Assembly (NCBI GenBank): GCA_903825105.1
Contig: CAIJZI010000008.1
Span: 8,401-72,400, forward strand
Origin: an uncultured bacterium
Lineage (GTDB): Bacteria; Patescibacteriota; Minisyncoccia; Phycocordibacterales; Phycocordibacteraceae
DNA length: 64,000 nucleotides
Reading direction: 5' to 3'
Both the position numbers and the translations under genes were made by a program. Each line of letters starts with the position of its first letter. Position 1 is the first letter of the stretch. The notes below the pieces were generated by a model that worked only from the letters and a program-made list of their open reading frames with translations, made no database searches and was not told the origin of the DNA. Below are positions 48,362-60,004 of the stretch, piece by piece.

Positions 48362-48712
48362 TCAGTCTTTTAACTCCGGTTCGTCCAGAACCGGAACAAT
48401 GTCCCCGCTCATGTCCAGCATGAATCCTGCCGGGAGATCAACTCCTGTGACCGGAAGAGCGTAGATCCTCTTGCTGTGGTTACATTCCTGGATCATTGCT
48501 AATTTCACCATGACGGTCGAGTTTTCAAGCGTGACGGTTGCGCGAGAAAGTACCCGGTACTTTACTCCACGACTGAGTTTGTCCTCAAGGATTCCGAATG
48601 TGGCGACCTTGCCTTCGCCGCTGAGGTATCCTCGCCAATAGAAGAAAAGAACGACGATAACCAGAATCACATAAAACCACGGGTCATAAAGCATTTGATT
48701 GTTCACAAGCAC
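48362..48712 (-). CDS. hypothetical membrane-anchored protein (116 aa)
   Basis: N-terminal TM; dedicated terminator at 48296-48330 on the minus strand. Confidence 0.4.
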   Translation of the reverse strand: MLVNNQMLYDPWFYVILVIVVLFFYWRGYLSGEGKVATFGILEDKLSRGVKYRVLSRATVTLENSTVMVKLAMIQECNHSKRIYALPVTGVDLPAGFMLDMSGDIVPVLDEPELKD

Positions 48713-48850
48713 CTCCGTGCCATTTCAATTAAACTCACATCCAAAACTAGTCTAACGACCTAATTTTGATTTGTCAACTTGATTCAAGGCAGTAATTTCT
48801 CTATACTCATCTGCACTTGGGCGCGATTATTAGCTTTACATTCGATAAAT

Positions 48851-49159
48851 ATGGCAAAAAGATTTACCTTGAAGCCCTTGGGCGATCGGATTATCGTGAG
48901 ACCATCTGAAAAAGAAGGCGAGAAGAAGCTCGCTTCTGGAATTATTCTCCCCGAAGCGGCGAATAAAGAAAAACTTATAAAAGGTGAGGTCGTCGCTACC
49001 GGCCCGGGGCGGAAGAATGATGATGGGAAGCGCCTCGAGCTCGAAGTCGAGATCGGCGACACGGTATTTTTCAAAAAGCCGTGGGACGAGCCGATTAAAA
49101 TGGACGATGTCGAGTACTACATCCTCTCTGAATCAGACATTCTCGGCACTTTGGATTAA
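48851..49159 (+). CDS. groES: co-chaperonin GroES
   Basis: LKPLGDRIIV...GEVVATGPG; promoter TTGATT-N17-TATACT upstream; no CIRCE recognised. Confidence 0.95.
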   Translation: MAKRFTLKPLGDRIIVRPSEKEGEKKLASGIILPEAANKEKLIKGEVVATGPGRKNDDGKRLELEVEIGDTVFFKKPWDEPIKMDDVEYYILSESDILGTLD

Positions 49160-49211
49160 TTTTTTTATTTCTTAAACCTTAAACCTTAAACCTTATCCCT
49201 TAAACCTGTAA

Positions 49212-50849
<1,638 letters not shown>

Positions 50850-50956
50850 AATTGCGCTGATTTAGTTGTACACAGCTCATCATTAAATCGTTCTAAAAAG
50901 AGTCATACTTATAAACAGCGGACTTATTCGTCACGCTTTATTAACTATCTTTCTAC

Positions 50957-51184
50957 ATGAAAGCACTACACAAAATAGCGTTCTGGCTTCTTGTTATCGG
51001 CGGGCTCAACTGGGGCCTCGTCGCGCTCGGTACTTGGATGGGCAGTAATTGGAATGTCGTGAATCTTCTCCTTGGTTCGTGGGCTTGGCTTGAGAATCTT
51101 GTCTACTTGATTGTCGGTATCTCGGCGATTGTTGTCATCTTCAAAGGTGACTGCAAGTGCACATCTCCCTCACAGTCGATGTAA
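50957..51184 (+). CDS. DUF378-family small membrane protein
   Basis: IAFWLLVIGGLNWGLVAL signature. Confidence 0.7.
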   Translation: MKALHKIAFWLLVIGGLNWGLVALGTWMGSNWNVVNLLLGSWAWLENLVYLIVGISAIVVIFKGDCKCTSPSQSM

Positions 51185-51325
51185 TCAGCCAGTGTTCAGT
51201 ATAAAAAATTAAAACAGCCTGCGCTCCGCGCCGGCTATTTTAATTTGATGGACACTTCGTGTTGGTCAGAACAACCAAGTCTGAAACTTGATTGAATATA
51301 TTGGCTATGTAGTACAATAAATTGA

Positions 51326-52489
51326 ATGAATCGCGCGGTATTCGCCGTTATTTTTTTATCAACGCTTGTTTCGGCGTTTATTTTTAACATTCCAAAAGCG
51401 TGTGCAGCAACAACACCCTTTGAAATTTCTGGGTGGATACCCTATTGGCGGGAGGCGACTGGCACGATAGATGTATTGCCACATATGAAGAGCATGACTT
51501 CGGTGATGCCCTTCGGCTACATCGTTCAAAATGATGGTGCTCTCTATGATGCATTCGGATTTAGCGCCACCTCTTCGGCGACCTCGAGCGTGAGTATTTT
51601 GTCGAGCGTGGCAAAAATCCAAAAAGTAAAAATAATCCCAACCGTGATGTGGAGTAATAGTGAAGCGATGGACAGAATTTTAAAAAACGCGACCACACGC
51701 CAGAAGCTCGAAGACGATATAGCGAATCTGGTGAAGCAAAATAATTTTGCCGGCATCGATATCGACTTCGAAAATAAGTTAGCAGAGACGAAGTCCTATT
51801 TCTCACTCTTTTTAAAGGGACTGTATATGCGCATGGGGCAAAAGCTGGTCTATTGTGCCATCGAGCCGCGCACTCCGCCCTCGTCTGCATTCGCAGTGAT
51901 CCCGAATCCGCTTCAATACGCGAATGATTATTCTGCGATAAATAAATACTGCGATCGTGTCGAGATTATGGCGTATGACCAGGGTAGGGTGGATATTAAA
52001 TTGAATGCTAACGCGAGCCCGACTCCGTATATACCGATATCTGATACGGCGTGGGTTAAAAAAGTGGTCGAGCTCACCGCCCAGTCTATTTCTAAAAAGA
52101 AAATAATAATCGGCATCGCCACCTATGGCTATGAATATGATTTGGTTAAGCTCACACAAGGATATCGCTATGATCTCGCGTGGACATTTAACCAGGGCTA
52201 TGCGACCGCGCTCGCTTCTGATCTCGGCCTTATCCCCACGAGAAATAGTGCGGGCGAATTAAACTTTATCTATACACCAACGACAACGCCGATGACGAAT
52301 ATCGTCGCTGCGAGCGCTTCAGCCGGCCCGATACCGGCGACGACAACGCCACAGAGAATCGTCTGGTGGAGTGACGCGAGCTCGGTGAACGATAAAATTC
52401 AATTAGCCAAACAACTCGGCGTGCGTGGTGTCGCCTTTTTTAAATTTGACGGCGGCGAAGACCAGAATATTTGGAATATTTTGCCCTAA
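51326..52489 (+). CDS. secreted glycoside hydrolase family 18-like protein
   Basis: Signal peptide; GIDIDFE (DxDxDxE) catalytic motif. Confidence 0.75.
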   Translation: MNRAVFAVIFLSTLVSAFIFNIPKACAATTPFEISGWIPYWREATGTIDVLPHMKSMTSVMPFGYIVQNDGALYDAFGFSATSSATSSVSILSSVAKIQKVKIIPTVMWSNSEAMDRILKNATTRQKLEDDIANLVKQNNFAGIDIDFENKLAETKSYFSLFLKGLYMRMGQKLVYCAIEPRTPPSSAFAVIPNPLQYANDYSAINKYCDRVEIMAYDQGRVDIKLNANASPTPYIPISDTAWVKKVVELTAQSISKKKIIIGIATYGYEYDLVKLTQGYRYDLAWTFNQGYATALASDLGLIPTRNSAGELNFIYTPTTTPMTNIVAASASAGPIPATTTPQRIVWWSDASSVNDKIQLAKQLGVRGVAFFKFDGGEDQNIWNILP

Positions 52490-52639
52490 AACAGATTAAT
52501 TTAACAAGATATTGAATCATCGTGGCGCTATTGACATTTTTGATATAGGTATGCTATACTAGATTTGGGTTGTGGAGGCCTTTGCCATCGTGGCAATATG
52601 TTTATCCACTGAAAGTACCTTTAACTGAAGGAGAGGGAA

Positions 52640-53467
52640 ATGAAAAAAATTTTGGCAATTCTCGGTCTCGTTGTAGTACTCAGTTTGACCGGCTGTACCG
52701 TTGCTTCGCCCGACGCCGGGCACCAGATGGTGTGGATGGAAAAGCCAATGTTCTTCGGGCATGGGGGGGTGGATTCTAACCCCGTCACTGCTGGGCGATC
52801 CTACGGCGCTATTACCAGCAATGCTATCGATGTGTACATGCAGCCCTACCGGTATGACATGGAATTCGACGACATGATGACCAAGAGTGGCGTCCCTGTG
52901 TCTTTCCATGTCGTGGCTACCTGTCAGATCACCGACTCCGTAAAACTGGTACGAGACTTCGGCTCAGACTTTGACGAGAAAACAGGGTACGGATTCTGGA
53001 CACGAAACCTCGACCAGCCCATCCGGACTGCCGTTCGGGACTCCGTCAAGCGACGCGATATGCAGGAAATGGCAATCGACCAAAGTGCCGCAGATGCTGT
53101 CGGTCAAGAAGTCGCAGAGGCCACGGTGAAAATCATTCAGAAGACGGGGGTGCCTCTCACTTGTACGGCCATCAACGTAGGCCGAGTAAATCCTCCAGAC
53201 GCCATCAAGAACCAGCGCGTGGAGACAGCTGCTCAAGAACAGAGGGCTATTACCGAGCAGCAGCGCAAGCTAGCCGAAGATCAGCGCAAGGCGGCTGAAC
53301 AGAGTCGCGCGGCGGCTGACAACGCTTACCGTCAGGAGATGCAGCTTTCGCCGGACCAATTCTTGCAGCTGGAGCGGATCAAGATGCAACGCGATGTCTG
53401 TTCAAGCGGTGGCAACTGTACCTTCTTCATCGACGGGAAGCCGACGCCTGTTGTAAATATGAAATAA
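52640..53467 (+). CDS. SPFH/band-7 domain lipoprotein
   Basis: Lipobox LSLTGC; SPFH core plus QRKLAEDQRKAAEQSRAAAD coiled-coil. Confidence 0.7.
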   Translation: MKKILAILGLVVVLSLTGCTVASPDAGHQMVWMEKPMFFGHGGVDSNPVTAGRSYGAITSNAIDVYMQPYRYDMEFDDMMTKSGVPVSFHVVATCQITDSVKLVRDFGSDFDEKTGYGFWTRNLDQPIRTAVRDSVKRRDMQEMAIDQSAADAVGQEVAEATVKIIQKTGVPLTCTAINVGRVNPPDAIKNQRVETAAQEQRAITEQQRKLAEDQRKAAEQSRAAADNAYRQEMQLSPDQFLQLERIKMQRDVCSSGGNCTFFIDGKPTPVVNMK

Positions 53468-53689
53468 CAATTATGGCATGTGGGAGATCTTAACGATCGT
53501 TACTACCACATGCCATTTCCATTTTTAGATAAAACTCGGTGGCGAAGAGCAGAATCTCTGGAATATTTTGCCCTAATCTGTTATACTAACAAGCGATGAG
53601 GCGATAACGCCTTGAATCGATCGGCTCGCGCCGATACGCAGCTTCTCCCGCTCGGAAGAAGTTTCTTTATTTCTTAACCTCAATTAAAA

Positions 53690-54214
53690 ATGAGTTATCA
53701 TACTATTCCACTAGGAAAGAAGTCGCCTGAAGTAGTCAACGCTGTTATCGAGATACCGAAAGGCGCTTCGGCGAAGTTTGAATATGACGAAGATCTTGAT
53801 GTTATCAAGCTTGACCGCGTGCTTCACTCAACGATGCACTACCCATTTGATTATGGCTTTATCCCCGAGACGCGGAGCGAAGACGGCGACCATCTCGATG
53901 TGCTCGTGATCGTCTCCGCGCCATTATTCCCCGGATGCATGGTCTCGGTGCGACCCATCGGTGCTATCGATATGGAGGATGAAGCAGGGAAGGATTGGAA
54001 GATAATCGCTGTGGCGAAGAAGGATCCGCGCGTGAAGAATGTTAAAACTATTGAAGATCTCGGCGAACATTTTAAAAAAGAGGTTCAGCACTTCTTCGAA
54101 GAATATAAAAAGCTTGAGGATAAATGGACGAAGATAAATGGCTGGCTTGGCTTAGACGAAGCGCACAAGATAATTAAAGAAGGGGCAGAGCGATTTGCAA
54201 AGGAAAAATATTAA
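53690..54214 (+). CDS. ppa: inorganic pyrophosphatase (family I)
   Basis: EIPKGASAKFEYD...DGDHLDVLV motifs. Confidence 0.92.
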   Translation: MSYHTIPLGKKSPEVVNAVIEIPKGASAKFEYDEDLDVIKLDRVLHSTMHYPFDYGFIPETRSEDGDHLDVLVIVSAPLFPGCMVSVRPIGAIDMEDEAGKDWKIIAVAKKDPRVKNVKTIEDLGEHFKKEVQHFFEEYKKLEDKWTKINGWLGLDEAHKIIKEGAERFAKEKY

Positions 54215-54282
54215 AAGTTGCGCCGTTCATTCCTTGAGAGTATTGTGCGTGTCAGAGGTCAATTTGTACAAGGAGGCGCTCC

Positions 54283-54684
54283 ATGGAAGGGATCAGTCGA
54301 GGAATGTGTTTAGAGATTTTCACGAATCCCCACGATCTTGAAATCGTTGTTTCCAAAGCAAAAAATTTCGATAAATGGGTCTTCGTTCTTACTCGTGGGC
54401 CGAGAGACAGACACAAGGTACTGTTGGAAGGAGGTTTTTTCAGACAGTCCAATGACGCGGTGGATACGATCAAAAAGATTCTCGAGGGAATTCTGGAATT
54501 CACCACAAAAGAGCTTAAAGACCCGAAGAGTCTCCTGACTGAGCTCATCAATTCTGATCATGAAGAAGTGATGGATCCTTCGAAGATTCTGACGCTCGAC
54601 CTGATCACTAGAATCGTCGAAGAACTTCAACAACATCAGACAGCGAGTACATACAAGATGATGGCTGCTGTTCCTGCTGTGTAA
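54283..54684 (+). CDS. hypothetical protein (133 aa)
   Basis: ORF followed by a terminator at 54707-54737; no recognisable domain. Confidence 0.4.
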   Translation: MEGISRGMCLEIFTNPHDLEIVVSKAKNFDKWVFVLTRGPRDRHKVLLEGGFFRQSNDAVDTIKKILEGILEFTTKELKDPKSLLTELINSDHEEVMDPSKILTLDLITRIVEELQQHQTASTYKMMAAVPAV

Positions 54685-54706
54685 ACAACTTCATTCAAAC
54701 ATCAAA

Positions 54707-54737
54707 TCGGCGACACGTGCGTGTCGCCGATTTTTTA
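54707..54737 (+). terminator. intrinsic terminator
   Basis: TCGGCGACACgtgcGTGTCGCCGATTTTTT. Confidence 0.75.
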
Positions 54738-55111
54738 CTACAGGATTCTGTCACGCGCCCTCCTAATTTCGCGGGGGATTCGAACCCTTTCGAATGGATT
54801 TTGGAGGATTGGAAATCAAGCAAGCAAAACGCTAATGAAACGAGATAATTAAAGGACTTATTAAAAAACTAACAATTCTCAATCGTACTCACAAACTATC
54901 AATTTTGGGCAACTTCTATCACTTTTTGGGCAACCGGAAATGCAACATTATTAGCGGGGAACAGTGCAGGCGTGAGTGATGAAAATTTTAAAACGCGACG
55001 AGACGGTGGTTTTTGTGTGGGTATGTTTATTGGTGACACATCATCACTCCGCCTCCGTTTTACTGCTTATCGTGAAATATGACTTCTGCCGTGAAATGAT
55101 AGTATTAACAT

Positions 55112-56755
55112 ATGGATGAGAATAAGTTGAGAGAAATTATAAGGTGTGCTCGCGAGAATGAGAATGTCGAGTTTAAGTCTGCATCAGACAGTTTTTCTGT
55201 CCTCGGAGGCGAAAGAGAGAATAAGAAATCTTTGTATGGATATTGTACAGCTATTGGTAACGAGGGAGGTGGGCGTATTGTTTTTGGAGTGACTGATGAA
55301 CGAGAGATTGTCGGAACGAAAGCTTTTCAAAATATTGAAGAGATCAGGTCTCAGATATACGAAAAAATGGGTGTTAAAATCGGTATTCAAGAATTTTTAC
55401 TACCGCAACGAGTTGTGGTTATTGATGTACCGGGACGGCAAATTGGTAAAATATTTACATTCCATAATCGGTATCTCACACGAGTTGGCGAAGAACTTGT
55501 AGAAATGAAACAGGATGAGATAGCTAAGATTCTTGCGGAGACGCAAGAGGATTTTTCAGCAAAATATTTGGATTTTGGATTAGAAGTGTTGGATCCGCAA
55601 GCTATAAAGAAAATGCGCGAATTATATGAGAAGAAGGCGTTAAGCACCACGAATGCTTCTAAAGCATCACTGACAGATGTTCAGTTTCTTTCCGATCTCG
55701 GGCTACTAAAGAACAATAAGATTAACAACTCAGCTTTGTTATTGCTTGGGACCACCGAATCATTACGTGATTTGCTTCCCGATGCAGAGATAATTTTTGA
55801 ATACAGAGTAAATCAAAATGATACACATTATTCCGACAGGTTGAATCTTCGCCAATCCCTAGTGTTTTCTTTGGATATTTTATGGGACAAAATAAATTCC
55901 CGTAACTTCGTGTCTCAATTACGTGAGCGCCTAATGCGGCGAGACATTCAGGCGTTTAACGAAGATGTAGTTCGTGAAGCCATGAATAATGCTGTGGTGC
56001 ATAGAGATTACCAAGCGCATAAATCAATATTCGTGCGCCAAGATAATACAAAGATAGTCTTCGAAAACCCGGGAGGTTTTATGCCAGGAATTACGCCGGA
56101 AAATATCTACAATCAAACTGCCTATAGAAATAGGCGACTGGCTGAATCGTTTGAAAAAATTGGTCTAGTTGAACGGTCTGGGCAGGGTGCGAATCTTATC
56201 TTCGAGAAGAATATTCGTGAAGGTAAAGGCATCCCAAAATATGAGACCACACAATATGATGTGTCGCTGTCTTTGTCAGCCCTTATTAAAGATGAAGAAA
56301 TCATTACCTATTTGGACGAGATAATTCAAAGCAAACAACTGGCTTTAACTGTTGATGACTTGGTGATTCTTGAAAAGATAAAGGATAGAACGTCCAAAGG
56401 GATAATGAAGAGAGATGTACAGAAATTTATTGATGCAGGGGTTGTTGTGTCCGACGGTGTTGGTAGGGGAGTGAAGTATTTTCTATCGAAGCAGTATTAT
56501 AAAGATCATGACAGACTTGGTGAATACACGAAGATTAAGGGACTGAGTCGGGCCGGTATCAAAGAACTAATTCTTGAACACCTTAATGCCAATAAGAAAG
56601 TAACCGCAAAGGAATGTCAGCAAATATCGCCAAACTTGAGCCCGAAAGACGTCGATAATATTTTACAAGAATTACGCAGAGATGAAAAAATCAAATTCAT
56701 TACATTTTCAGGAAACAAGAAGAATGGGCATTGGATTCTAATAGGTGAAAACTAG
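55112..56755 (+). CDS. Schlafen/AlbA_2 domain + HATPase_c_4 (RecG-C-like) putative ATP-dependent DNA-binding regulator or defence-type protein
   Basis: N-terminal YGYCTAIGNEGGGRIVFGV (AlbA_2-like); central NAVVHRDYQAHKSIFVRQDNTKIVFENPGG (HATPase_c_4 hallmark); AT-rich versus neighbours. Confidence 0.7.
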   Translation: MDENKLREIIRCARENENVEFKSASDSFSVLGGERENKKSLYGYCTAIGNEGGGRIVFGVTDEREIVGTKAFQNIEEIRSQIYEKMGVKIGIQEFLLPQRVVVIDVPGRQIGKIFTFHNRYLTRVGEELVEMKQDEIAKILAETQEDFSAKYLDFGLEVLDPQAIKKMRELYEKKALSTTNASKASLTDVQFLSDLGLLKNNKINNSALLLLGTTESLRDLLPDAEIIFEYRVNQNDTHYSDRLNLRQSLVFSLDILWDKINSRNFVSQLRERLMRRDIQAFNEDVVREAMNNAVVHRDYQAHKSIFVRQDNTKIVFENPGGFMPGITPENIYNQTAYRNRRLAESFEKIGLVERSGQGANLIFEKNIREGKGIPKYETTQYDVSLSLSALIKDEEIITYLDEIIQSKQLALTVDDLVILEKIKDRTSKGIMKRDVQKFIDAGVVVSDGVGRGVKYFLSKQYYKDHDRLGEYTKIKGLSRAGIKELILEHLNANKKVTAKECQQISPNLSPKDVDNILQELRRDEKIKFITFSGNKKNGHWILIGEN

Positions 56756-56889
56756 GAAGAAAATAGGAGGAAATATGAAAATTAATACGAAAAATAAGGA
56801 TACTATTTAGATTCTAATAGGTGAAAAATAGGAAGAAAAGTTGAGCGGAAATTAAGTCGACAGACCTTTCGGATTCCGATTTTCAATTT

Positions 56890-56981
56890 TGGCGGAGGGG
56901 GAGGGATTCGAACCCTCGATACGGTATTACCCGTATAGCGAGTTAGCAACCCGCCGCACTAGGCCTCTATGCGACCCCTCC
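56890..56981 (-). tRNA. tRNA-Ser (anticodon GCU), class II long variable arm, CCA encoded
   Basis: Hand-folded from the sequence: acceptor GGAGGGG/CCCCTCC, anticodon stem GCGGG/CTCGC, loop TTGCTAA, variable arm ATACGG/CCGTAT, T-arm GAGGG-TTCGAAT-CCCTC, discriminator G + CCA. Confidence 0.85.
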
Positions 56982-57005
56982 ATGCTTGTTTGAATTTTAA
57001 CAAAT

Positions 57006-57701
57006 TCAGTGCGCTAAAGCGAGCGGGATTATATTTTGTGCTCCAGCTTTTTTAAGTGCGTCAATTGCAGCTTGGAGTGTTGCGCCGGTTGTGAGGACAT
57101 CGTCGAGGATTATGAAAGTGCTTTTAGAAATTTCGTCATGGCTTATCCGCCTTCGTTCAAAGAACTTCGGCGTGACGAGGAATGCGTCTTTCATATTCTT
57201 TTCTCTTTCGTGGCGCGGGAGCGAGACTTGGGAGGTTGTTTCGCGGGTGCGCTCGAGGACATTCTCGACCAGCGCGCAGCCAAGCTGCTTGGCTGCGCGG
57301 TTCGCCACTTCTTCTACTTGATTATACCCGCGCTCTTTTTGGCGTTTTTTACCAAGCGGTATCGGAACCAAAACAAGGTTCGACCTTGAGGATTCGGATT
57401 TAAGGTCGAACCTTGTTTTTGGGAGATCATCGGCATCGTGCAGATATTCTAAAACTGCGAGCGAGAGGAGTTCGAAGGCGCGTCCATTCCCATGATATTT
57501 TGCTTCGTGGATTGCGGCGCGTACACGCTCGTCGTGATAGGGCAGGAGCGCGACCGTGCCGGGCCGAGTTTCTGGCACGAGCCGAGGCGCGACAAGAGCG
57601 AGGAACTCATCTGTTGAAATATCCCTCGACACGAGTTCGTCTGCACGAGGAGGAAAAATGAAATCTAAACACCTGTGGTGAATGAAATTGAACCAGCGCA
57701 T
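57006..57701 (-). CDS. comF: ComF-family phosphoribosyltransferase-domain protein
   Basis: C-terminal PRTase motif IILDDVLTTGATL. Confidence 0.7.
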   Translation of the reverse strand: MRWFNFIHHRCLDFIFPPRADELVSRDISTDEFLALVAPRLVPETRPGTVALLPYHDERVRAAIHEAKYHGNGRAFELLSLAVLEYLHDADDLPKTRFDLKSESSRSNLVLVPIPLGKKRQKERGYNQVEEVANRAAKQLGCALVENVLERTRETTSQVSLPRHEREKNMKDAFLVTPKFFERRRISHDEISKSTFIILDDVLTTGATLQAAIDALKKAGAQNIIPLALAH

Positions 57702-57721
57702 CGTGGTATTATATATCTCAT

Positions 57722-58807
57722 ATGTCCTTCCTCGGAACTATCTTTGGCGACAAAAAAGAAAAGAGCGTTCTCGGTATCGATATAGGCTCCTCATCTTTGA
57801 AGGTTGTGCAGCTGCGTAAAGAGCATGGTCAGGCAGTTCTCGAGACTTATGGCGAATTGTCGCTCGGGCCCTATGGCGGAGAAGAAGTGGGGCAGGCGAC
57901 GAATCTTTCCCCAGAACAAATTTCAGAAACATTAAAAGATCTTTTGCGCGAAGCGAAGGTGACGACCAAGAGTTGTGGCGTCTCGATACCGTTTACCCGT
58001 TCTCTGCTTACCCTCGCCACACTGCCGTATCGTGAAGATAAAAAAGAACAAAAGACTATTATAGAACTTGAAGCTAGAAAATATATACCGGTACCCGTGA
58101 GTGAAGTCCAGCTCGATTGGTTTGTAGTGCCTGACACAACGCACGCTTCTCCCGAGGACAATTCTGGAAAAAATAAAAAGATAGAAGTGCTTCTGGTCGC
58201 GGTTCATAATGATGAGCTCGCCATACTTCAAAATATCGTCGCAGGGGCTGGCCTTCAGGCGAGCTTTTATGAGATTGAGATATTTAGCACCATACGCGCA
58301 GTCGATGACGAGCCGATGAAGCCGGTGATGATTCTCGATGTGGGCGCCGCATCGACCAAGACCTATGTTATCGAACACGGTGTTGTCGCTTTTTCACATT
58401 CGATAAGTATCGGAAGCCAAGAGATTACTCGTGCGATCGCGATTTCTGGGAATGTGCCGATCGCGCAGGCAGAAATGTTAAAGAAGGAAGCAGGGATCGA
58501 AGGCGACGGGGCGCTTGGCTCTCCAGAATTTGTTTTCTCGCGCATTTTTGCTGAAGCGCGTCGCGTGCTCGTTCAATATGAGACAGCACATAAGAAATCA
58601 ATCACGGCGATTATATTAACGGGCGGTGGCGGCGTTACCAAAGAGCTTGGCGCGTATGCAAAAAACATTTTCTCGATAGATGTGCATGTCGCGAATCCAT
58701 TTGCGAAGACAAAAGCGCCGGCATTTATGAAATCAGTTCTCGAAAGTATCGGCCCCGAATTCGCCGTCGCTGTCGGCCTCGCTCTGCGAAAACTTGATGA
58801 GATATAA
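57722..58807 (+). CDS. pilM: type IV pilus assembly protein PilM (actin-like ATPase)
   Basis: LGIDIGSSSLKVVQL; 361 aa. Confidence 0.85.
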   Translation: MSFLGTIFGDKKEKSVLGIDIGSSSLKVVQLRKEHGQAVLETYGELSLGPYGGEEVGQATNLSPEQISETLKDLLREAKVTTKSCGVSIPFTRSLLTLATLPYREDKKEQKTIIELEARKYIPVPVSEVQLDWFVVPDTTHASPEDNSGKNKKIEVLLVAVHNDELAILQNIVAGAGLQASFYEIEIFSTIRAVDDEPMKPVMILDVGAASTKTYVIEHGVVAFSHSISIGSQEITRAIAISGNVPIAQAEMLKKEAGIEGDGALGSPEFVFSRIFAEARRVLVQYETAHKKSITAIILTGGGGVTKELGAYAKNIFSIDVHVANPFAKTKAPAFMKSVLESIGPEFAVAVGLALRKLDEI

Positions 58808-58820
58808 AAGTGGATAAAGT

Positions 58821-59447
58821 TTGTATGCGAATAGGGCAGTGCTCGTTATACTAAATCAAATGGACCTTCCTCCGACAATCCCTACATCGTTTGTGCCCAA
58901 CCAAGGAACTGCTGTGTCGCGTGTGCAGGAACAGAAATCGACTATTTCTGGGGCTTTAAGCTTCATCGCATATATTATTTTTGTTGCTGTTTTTGCCGCC
59001 GCGGTAGGAGTATTTTTCTATGGGCAATTTCTCAACAATCAAAAAACTGCGAAAAATACAGAGCTGCAAAATGCTGAAGCAAAGATCGATTCTGCGACCG
59101 CTGATAGTTTTATAAGATTGCGAGATCGTATCGCTTCAAGTAGAACGCTACTTGCGAACCATATTGCTTTTTCTAAGTTCTTCTCGCTTCTCGGGTCTCT
59201 TATGCCGACCAGTGTCCACTTCACACAATTGCATCTTTCTGTTAACAACGACGGCACGGCAAGTGTAGATGGAATTGGCGTAGCAAAAAATTTCAACGCG
59301 CTTGCATTTACTTCAACAACATTTGCTAAAGACGGTCGCATAAAAGATGCCATTTTCTCAAATATCGCGGTGTCTCCAAGAGATGGCTCGGTATCTTTTT
59401 CTCTCTCAGCCAAACTGGATTCTAAGACGATCACCTTTTCACCATGA
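58821..59447 (+). CDS. putative PilN-like bitopic membrane protein
   Basis: Single TM after a short cytoplasmic N-terminus; position after pilM; weak similarity only. Confidence 0.45.
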   Translation: MYANRAVLVILNQMDLPPTIPTSFVPNQGTAVSRVQEQKSTISGALSFIAYIIFVAVFAAAVGVFFYGQFLNNQKTAKNTELQNAEAKIDSATADSFIRLRDRIASSRTLLANHIAFSKFFSLLGSLMPTSVHFTQLHLSVNNDGTASVDGIGVAKNFNALAFTSTTFAKDGRIKDAIFSNIAVSPRDGSVSFSLSAKLDSKTITFSP

Positions 59448-60001
59448 ACAGCAACAATATTCTTTCGACGCTCGCATTTTTAGTAGCCATAGGCATATTC
59501 TTTGCGTATGTTAATCCGACATGGTCTGGATCGATTGCAGAAGCTCGTGCCACAATTGATTCTGATAATCAGGCACTCACAGCAGCAGGCGAATATACTG
59601 CACAACAAAATGAGCTTACTTCTGCGCGCAATGCGATTGACCCAGCTAATCTAACAAGGCTCGCAACTTTTCTGCCAGATGCGGTTGATAATGTGGGACT
59701 CATTCTTGATTTGAATTCTCTCGCTGCACGCAGCGGGCTTTCGCTTTCGAATATTGATGTGGCCGCGAACGATTCTGCATCATCCGGTTCTTCGAATGGG
59801 TCTGTGCCGGCAATGGCAAATCCGGTGAGTTCTGCAGACTTATCGCTTTCTGCGGTCGGAACATATACAGCTCTGCAAAACTTCTTGGCAGGAGTTGAAA
59901 AGAGCGGTCGATTGCTCGATGCCAGAGATATAGTAATAACTGGCTCAGATACTGGGGTTTATACATATAAAATGAAATTACGCCTGTATTGGCTCCACTA
60001 A
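59444..60001 (+). CDS. putative PilO-like bitopic membrane protein
   Basis: TM + coiled-coil + C-terminal domain; gene order. Confidence 0.45.
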   Translation: MNSNNILSTLAFLVAIGIFFAYVNPTWSGSIAEARATIDSDNQALTAAGEYTAQQNELTSARNAIDPANLTRLATFLPDAVDNVGLILDLNSLAARSGLSLSNIDVAANDSASSGSSNGSVPAMANPVSSADLSLSAVGTYTALQNFLAGVEKSGRLLDARDIVITGSDTGVYTYKMKLRLYWLH

Positions 60002-60004
60002 CAT

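Noticed and set aside
48779-48850. CIRCE (TTAGCACTC-N9-GAGTGCTAA) heat-shock operator upstream of groES
   Set aside because: The inverted repeat was searched for and not found; only a standard sigma70-like promoter is present.
54770-54800. Second intact tRNA gene (T-arm-like GGGTTCGAATCCC on the minus strand)
   Set aside because: No matching acceptor stem, anticodon arm or CCA end could be folded. It is interpreted as a partial duplicate (att-like) of the tRNA-Ser 3' region, not a gene.
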